Shown here in pieces: positions 58,301-64,000 of a DNA stretch of 64,000 bases. Made by a program: the position numbers and the translations under genes. A model generated the notes under the pieces. It did not search any database and was not told where the DNA came from. It saw only the letters and a list, made by a program, of their open reading frames with translations. Position 1 is the stretch's first letter. Every line of letters starts with the position of its first letter. The DNA comes from Hyphochytrium catenoides (lineage: Eukaryota; Protista; Hyphochytriomycota), in the NCBI GenBank assembly GCA_900088475.1, contig FLMG01003914.1, positions 1-64,000 on the forward strand, read 5' to 3'.

Positions 58301-58558
58301 CGTTGCTCCTTTTCCCTCTGTAAAGAAAGAGCAATGTTGGAAGGCCGCTGTTCAAGGCACAGTTCTGAACCCGTTGTGACGGCAAAGCCCAGTGAAGACA
58401 GCAGGTATAAAGCGACCTCAAGAGTTGGTTCATCTAGACCGCAGAAGACCGTGCAAGGTACCGCCGTTGAGCCAGGAACCGGCCACTCCTCTGGTTATGG
58501 TTCTGAAGACTCTGAATGGGAGATCGTCGCTTTTGCCGCAAGACCAGCGAAGCGCTAA
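55312..58558 (+). CDS. Intronless protein of about 1080 aa with 14 C-x4/5-C-x9/10-C-x2-H (WRKY19-like) zinc fingers
   Basis: ORFs 55312-gap and gap-58558 carry the same motif, for example CKIPKCPKYAKGQGFCLAHGG, CSAPDCQELAVIGRGLCRAHGGG and CRAPGGCGTFAKVKGFCRAH (9 before and 5 after the gap). The frame change falls on the N gap, whose length is only an estimate. Confidence 0.85.
57641..57695. other. Assembly gap (N run) inside the zinc-finger gene
   Basis: Run of N. Confidence 0.99.
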
Positions 58559-59731
58559 CAGGATCGCCCACACCGTCATCAATGTCTATCATAGGCCCCA
58601 AGGCTGGTAAGAGACCTTGTACGTGAAGTAGAGAACTAGCTCTCCTCTCTTTGTTCTCCATTGCGGCCAGGTCCTTCTTCGTCTCTTCTGCGATAGCGTT
58701 GATAGGAGGACTATGAAGGAGGGAAGAGACATCTTTGCAGGTTAAAGAGTAGGTTCACCTATTAGTCAACAGCGTAATATGGATAAGTCTAATGAAGCTT
58801 CGAAGAGGGCAATGGCATCTATAGGAAGGATTAGACGCAGATCTGTCCTGCAGAGACACAGGTCTTCACTCCGCTGTGCTATCCGGCAAGCAGCGGGAAA
58901 GATAAAGAAGCATAAAGTGGAAGACAGGCAGTACCGATTGCTAGAGGAATCGCAGGCTCGGAGAATGGGTGGACTCAGCAAGGCAGGCAAAAAGAAAGAC
59001 GAGCAAGTGGCTGTGTGTGACTAGCGGTAGTCTTCTCCCAGAGTTGGAGAAGAAGACGTGATTCCAGGGCCAACATCATACGGCTCACTGTGTGCTGTCA
59101 TACCAACGATCACTGTGTCTGGTTGGCCTGTGTGTCTCAGGGGCAGTAGAGTGGGCTCATCCATGCCCTAGCAGATGTGGATTGTGACTCTCAGCTGCCC
59201 TGTAGCAGCGCACAGACAGCGACGGAGAAGAGGGCGGATCACGAGGGTGGAAGACTCGACTATGTGATCTCAGAGATATATCAGCAGCATCCCAAGGGAG
59301 CAGCTCTGAGAGTGCTAGACTGGAGGCAAAATCCTGGATGCTGCATGGGCACGCATAGCTGATGCAGTAGGTGTCCCCAGGAGACTGTTAGTGCTTGCGA
59401 CGCCTCGTACGGCAAGCTTCGGACCTGAAGACGGGAGACTAAGGACTGACACCCTAGTGTTTGCCAATCTAAGAAACAAGGTGCTAGCTATTGCTTCGGC
59501 TCTGCTGCACCATGATACTTCGCCTGAGGCCGCGGCGTCGAGTGTCTAGTATAGTTGCACGCTAATGACGACGGTAGGCAAACTTTCTAGTACCAGAGAC
59601 CTGTCCGACTGCAGCCTCACCTTCATCCTCTTTCGTTCCTCTGCTGCCATACCGTCCAGCTCCACGTCCAAGCTCTCAATTGATGAGCTCACTCCTCATC
59701 CCGAGCTCATGACGGCCGCTAACGGCGCTGG

Positions 59732-59746
59732 GTTCCCGCCAAAACT
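59732..59746. promoter_or_regulatory. E2F/DP-type site upstream of the RAD51D-like gene
   Basis: GTTCCCGCCAAAACT, identical over 15 bp to the MCM4 element at 10683-10697. A weaker TTTGGCGG occurs at 60061-60068. Confidence 0.6.
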
Positions 59747-60129
59747 GCGAAATTGCGAAAGAATTGTTAGTCTTCCGCTACAGCAAGGGAAGAGATGCAG
59801 ATGCCTTTGGAGACGGAGCAGGTTGGGTCTCCCCGCCGGCATTGGCCCTTGAGAACTCCGTCATTGAAGAAGATGAGACAGTCTGGAGTTTCATAGACGG
59901 AGTTGGCATAACCTGGGGCTTAGCATTATAGAGCATGCCTGTCAGTGACTGGCCTTAAAGCCAAACATCAAGGCTGTAGACGTGAAGGCCTATCATCGTT
60001 CAGACTACCTCGCTTCGGGAGCTCATATGGTCATCTACTATGTAAGCACAACGAAGGTTTTTTGGCGGACTCCGACGACGTCAAAAGGGCGAGACTTAGA
60101 AAGAGGCATTTCTTATGAGCTGAGGAGCT

Positions 60130-62440
60130 ATGCCTCTGCTTAGAGCCTTTCAAGGGCTAGACGGTGGACTCCTGGAAGCTTTGGAGAAGGCGACACCTCC
60201 TGTGACTACCGGTTAGCTACTTGTTTGAACTGCAGTGCCATAGTGTCAACTCATTCCGATCTCCTCTGGGTTGTCTAGCTGAGCAGCTATTAACCAGAGA
60301 CGCTCGCCAAATCCTCGGAGAGATCAATGCCTATAAAGAAGCCTTGGCCGAGGGTAGCACCGCAGAAATAAGAACTCCTGCTTGTGCGAATCACATTCTC
60401 TACTCTATGGAGGACCTTCTATCCCTCATCGGGCAGGTGGCTGCACGCGTAGCGCCGGAGATGGTGACAGGGCTTGAGGTAGCTCTTCAAAGCGAAAGGC
60501 AAACGCTCTACATATCAACCGGTTCTATGAGGTAAATGTCCGATCGTAAAGTACGCGACTGATCAAACAGCACTTCCAAGCCGTCCTTACCTTCGTTTCT
60601 GCCTCTGACTGACTAGAGTGGACGAGCTGCTGGTTCGAGGCCTTGCTACGAAAGAGGTGACCGAGATCATTGGGCCCAGCCCCTCCGGAAAGACACAGGT
60701 GTGGACCAAACTAAAGCCGGAGGAGCTCTATACTGAGGGTACTATTTGTGTCCCTCTGTCTTGCTTCCCTTTGGATCCCTTTCTCCTTTCTCTAGCTCTG
60801 TGTTACGGCGGCTATTAATGCTGCTAGACAAGGGATGTCAGTCCTCTACCTTTGCGCTTCTCCTTTGGCGCTGAGCCGCAGAATGGTGGCCGTTGCAACG
60901 TCCAGGTATCCTCAGGTAGAGTGCATAGCTGGCAGAGTGACCGCTAATTTCTACTTTAGATCAACTCCATGTCCGCATTTCTTCTCTTCTCTTGCACTGC
61001 TTTCTAATCCAGACGTCCAATGAATGTCAGTAGATGCTAACACCCCGTATATGGCCAGGCAACAGAGACACAGCTCAAAGAAATTTTCTCTAGAATATCG
61101 CTGCAGCATGTTGGCTCAGTCTATGACCTCATGGGAGTCCTAGAAAAGACTGAAACCTCCATTGCAAGGAGCGGTCAGCAGGTAATGGCCAGGCTCGGCG
61201 ATAACAGCGTTGGCGGAAATGCCGTACTCTGATCTGCCTCCGTCGCCCCATCCGCTCGGACCTCTTCGCACCGTGTCCTTCCTTTCTCTGAGTTGGAACA
61301 ATCAAATCGCTGCTTAGCACTTCATACATTCTTTCCATGTGTCCTCCCCCTGAGGGCTAACGGCCTTTGCTGTTTACAGCCAGGCCAGGATGATGAATTT
61401 TTCGCATCTCTGCAGCTTCTCATTGTCGATCCTATTACCTTGCTATTGGTGGATCCGCTAAGTGGAGGCAGAGAGCATAAGACTTACGGTCAGTACACGG
61501 CAGGTCTTCTGGTCCCTTATAAATTGACCTGTGTCTTTCTATGCTGACGTGGGATCGCCCTAAAGTTTCCTGGACTCCTATTCTCCCTCTTTGTCCACCT
61601 GGATTGCTTGCCTAGATCCCCTTCTGTGTGCGGTGACTGCGTAAGCAGAAGTAACGGGTGGTTGACTCATTGCTGTCATCCGCATAGGTAAAGGACTGAT
61701 GCACAGTCTTGCGACTACCCTACGAAGACTGGCGGCTTTTTACTACATCGCAGTGCTTGTAAGAAGCTTTCCTTTCGTTCGTGCCCCTTCTTTCTTATGA
61801 CATCAACCTCCCCTCTCATTGAACCGCGCAGGTGACAAATAACACTGTTCTAGATAGAGAGATGAAAACTGTCAAACCCGCCCTAGGAAAAGGTTGGTCG
61901 CAGGTTGCTCACCTGCAGGTAGGGCCTCTCATAGCTTATGCCATAGGAGCTGAGTGATGATCAGCGGAGACTCCTTTTCATTATTTAAGGGCCCTCTTGT
62001 TCTCTTGTCAGCTCTTTTTACATAGCGACATCCACGGTGATCAGGGACAAGACAGACTGAGGTAATAGACAAAGTGAACTTCTTCCTGCTTTTTGCACTC
62101 GTTTAACGGGGTCCCGCAGCATTGACCCACTGACTTCACTACCCATGGGAACAGAAGAGAGAGTAGCAGAACTTTTGAGGTCCAATCGGCAGGTAGGTCG
62201 GATCAGGCTTACTACCTAGCGCTGCGAGCGCTGAATGGATGGGGAGAAAGTGGCTATGTAGTGTAGAAAGTGGGAAGACTATTGTCAAGCTATGGAATAG
62301 GACAAAAGGGAATCTTTTACATTATACCAAGAAGAAAACTAAAACGGGACTTCCCTTTCTGTCAGCGAGGTGAAAGGACAAAGGCCCCCTTTCGCATAGG
62401 CAAGTCAGGACTTCTGGACATCGATGGGGAGGAGCGCTAG
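60130..62440 (+). CDS. RAD51D: RAD51 paralog, most similar to RAD51D
   Basis: MPLLRAFQGL.., ISTGSMR|VDELLVRGLATKEVTEIIGPSPSGKTQ|LC (Walker A), LQLLIVDPIT (Walker B), GKGLMHSLATTLRRLA..IAVL|VTN, KPALGKGWSQVAHLQ and C-terminal FRIGKSGL. Stop TAG 62438-62440. The paralog identity rests on the G-LM-L and KPALG-W motifs. Confidence 0.8.
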
Positions 62441-63365
62441 GAGAGAGGCTGGAATATAGGCTAGGAGGGGTCTAAGGTCACGATTGTCGAACATTATTCA
62501 CATCTCCTATACTGAAGCAGCACAGTCTTGCTTTTACTGGCCCTATCATAGCCCTAGAATGACACCCAGGTTGACTCCTTCCTGACCTTGCTCCGTGCGT
62601 TGTCCGCTACTAGAGCCCATGTGTTCCCTGGAACATAACAAATGATCTTGGTGACTGGTGCAATATCACGCAGACATCTGCCAGCTTCTCTAAGCGAAGG
62701 GAAGGCCCCAGACACCTTGACTACCATGCGTGGTAAGAGGCTATATCCAGAGATCGAAGAAGGCGCGTGCGCTGAACGCGCCGTCAGGATCTGCTTTGTT
62801 TCTCTTCAGCATTTGCCTCCCAAAGATCCGTTACAGAGCCCCTAAGATCTGCTACTGATTATCACACGGACTGATAATCAAATTGACCTCTGTCAGAACC
62901 CTTTCCTATGGGCGGAATATGATTGAGTAGCTATTGTCCTTCTCAAGTGTCATTCCCGCTGTCATGCGGTTTATTATTGGGGCAGCGTAGGTCAGGTCTG
63001 AAAGCTGATGGATCGATCGTGACCTTGGGCTGTCTGACCGCCGCAGCTCTGACAACAGACATGAGCGCCTTCGAAGTCTGAAGACTCAGACAGAGAGCCT
63101 TTGAGGCCTAACCGAGCAAAACGACAGAGACGTAGACAGAGAGTGAGGGTGATGAAGGTAGAGAGACGATGAGACGATAAGGAGACACAGAGAGAAAGGC
63201 AGAGCAAAGTTGTTCGCATCCATTCTGGGGTTTGTCTTCGTCGACGCCAGGAACGTCTCGAAAAGTAATTTTATACTGAGTCTTCTGCTCTGGAAGCGCT
63301 GCCTGCACAAGCGCCTATGAAATAGACTGAGCATAGCAATAAGTGAAGATAAGCCTGAGGTCGGG

Positions 63366-64000
63366 ATGTGGAGACGAGTGTCTGTTCGGGCCGTTGGCGA
63401 GGCGCGTGGAAGGTCGCGACGTCAGGCGGTGCACCTCTTTCGGCCAATCGTCGTCCTCCCGAGCATAAAAAGGAAAAGAGACAAAGAGTACCCTGCAGTG
63501 CAGCTTATAAGTGGCTTCAGCACGCTGGGTGAGGTGAATGCCGAAGGCAGCTATGGACTCCCGTACGGCGGGCTTAGTGACGAAGAGAGGCTGCGGCTTC
63601 AGGAGGAGGAGAGGCGAGTTATGTTGCTGATTCGCGCGTTCAAGCAGGTATTATGAGGCTAAAGAACACGGGAAAAGAACGGAGAGTGGAGATAATAGGA
63701 GGACAAGGGCTGTATGGCTTTCTCTTCAAGGAAGCTTTCAGTTGAGGAGAAAGCTAGCTAAGCACTCGCACAAGGGAGGCAGAGAGCGACAGGAGACAGA
63801 AAAAGAAGAGGCAGATGGAGGGAGAGACTCTCCTGAAAGATCAATAAGGCTAGAGGGGTGGGAGACGCATTTATGGCGGGGGCCAGCTTAAGGTCAGTCC
63901 AAGATGTTCTAACTTTTTGCCGCAGCATGGCCATCTCGTGGCTGATTTGGATCCGCTCCGTATCCGTAAGTACGATAAAGAGTAGTAGAGGAGAGGATGC
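63366..64000 (+). CDS. 2-oxoglutarate (or 2-oxoadipate) dehydrogenase E1 component, 5' part; continues beyond the window
   Basis: Arg-rich presequence-like N-terminus. Exon 63366-63647 spliced to 63927 gives RVMLLIRAFKQ|HGHLVADLDPL, the SucA/OGDH/DHTKD1 motif LIRAY..RGH..A.LDPL. Confidence 0.75.

Noticed and set aside
59696-59698. In-frame TGA (MSSG*G) as selenocysteine or a reassigned stop
   Set aside because: No SECIS or Cys-containing homolog is evident. TGA, TAA and TAG all act as normal stops in other genes here, so the standard code applies.
62992-63334. Short minus-strand ORFs upstream of the E1 gene
   Set aside because: Partly CT-repeat translation, with no consistent exon chain or recognisable domain.

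Overview
This is eukaryotic nuclear DNA: intron-rich, GT(GC)-AG splicing with CTAAC/CTGAC-type branch points, (GA)n/(CT)n microsatellites and two N gaps. The style of the PDCD4 protein and the WRKY19-like finger arrays suggest a stramenopile, probably an ochrophyte alga (inference only). Exon chains assembled by hand give these multi-intron genes: PDCD4-like (5'-partial), MCM4, a tandem inward-rectifier K+ channel, an AFF/AF4 C-terminal-domain protein, FNTA, WDR3/UTP12, NMD3, a RAD51D-like paralog and 2-oxoglutarate dehydrogenase E1 (3'-partial). Between them lie patches of trinucleotide-mosaic DNA carrying intron-poor genes: a membrane/secreted protein with three ~110-aa helical repeats, a fungal-type AKR7 aldo-keto reductase (one GC-AG intron, terminal +1 frameshift), an 801-aa glycosyltransferase-ricin-glycosyltransferase fusion and a 14-finger C3H zinc-finger protein. 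The best novelty candidate is the Kir locus, which splices in frame into one polypeptide with two complete Kir units (filters TIGFG and TIGYG). An identical 15-bp E2F-type element lies upstream of both MCM4 and RAD51D. No tRNA, rRNA, CRISPR array or intact transposon was seen. All family assignments are motif recognition from memory; no searches were run.
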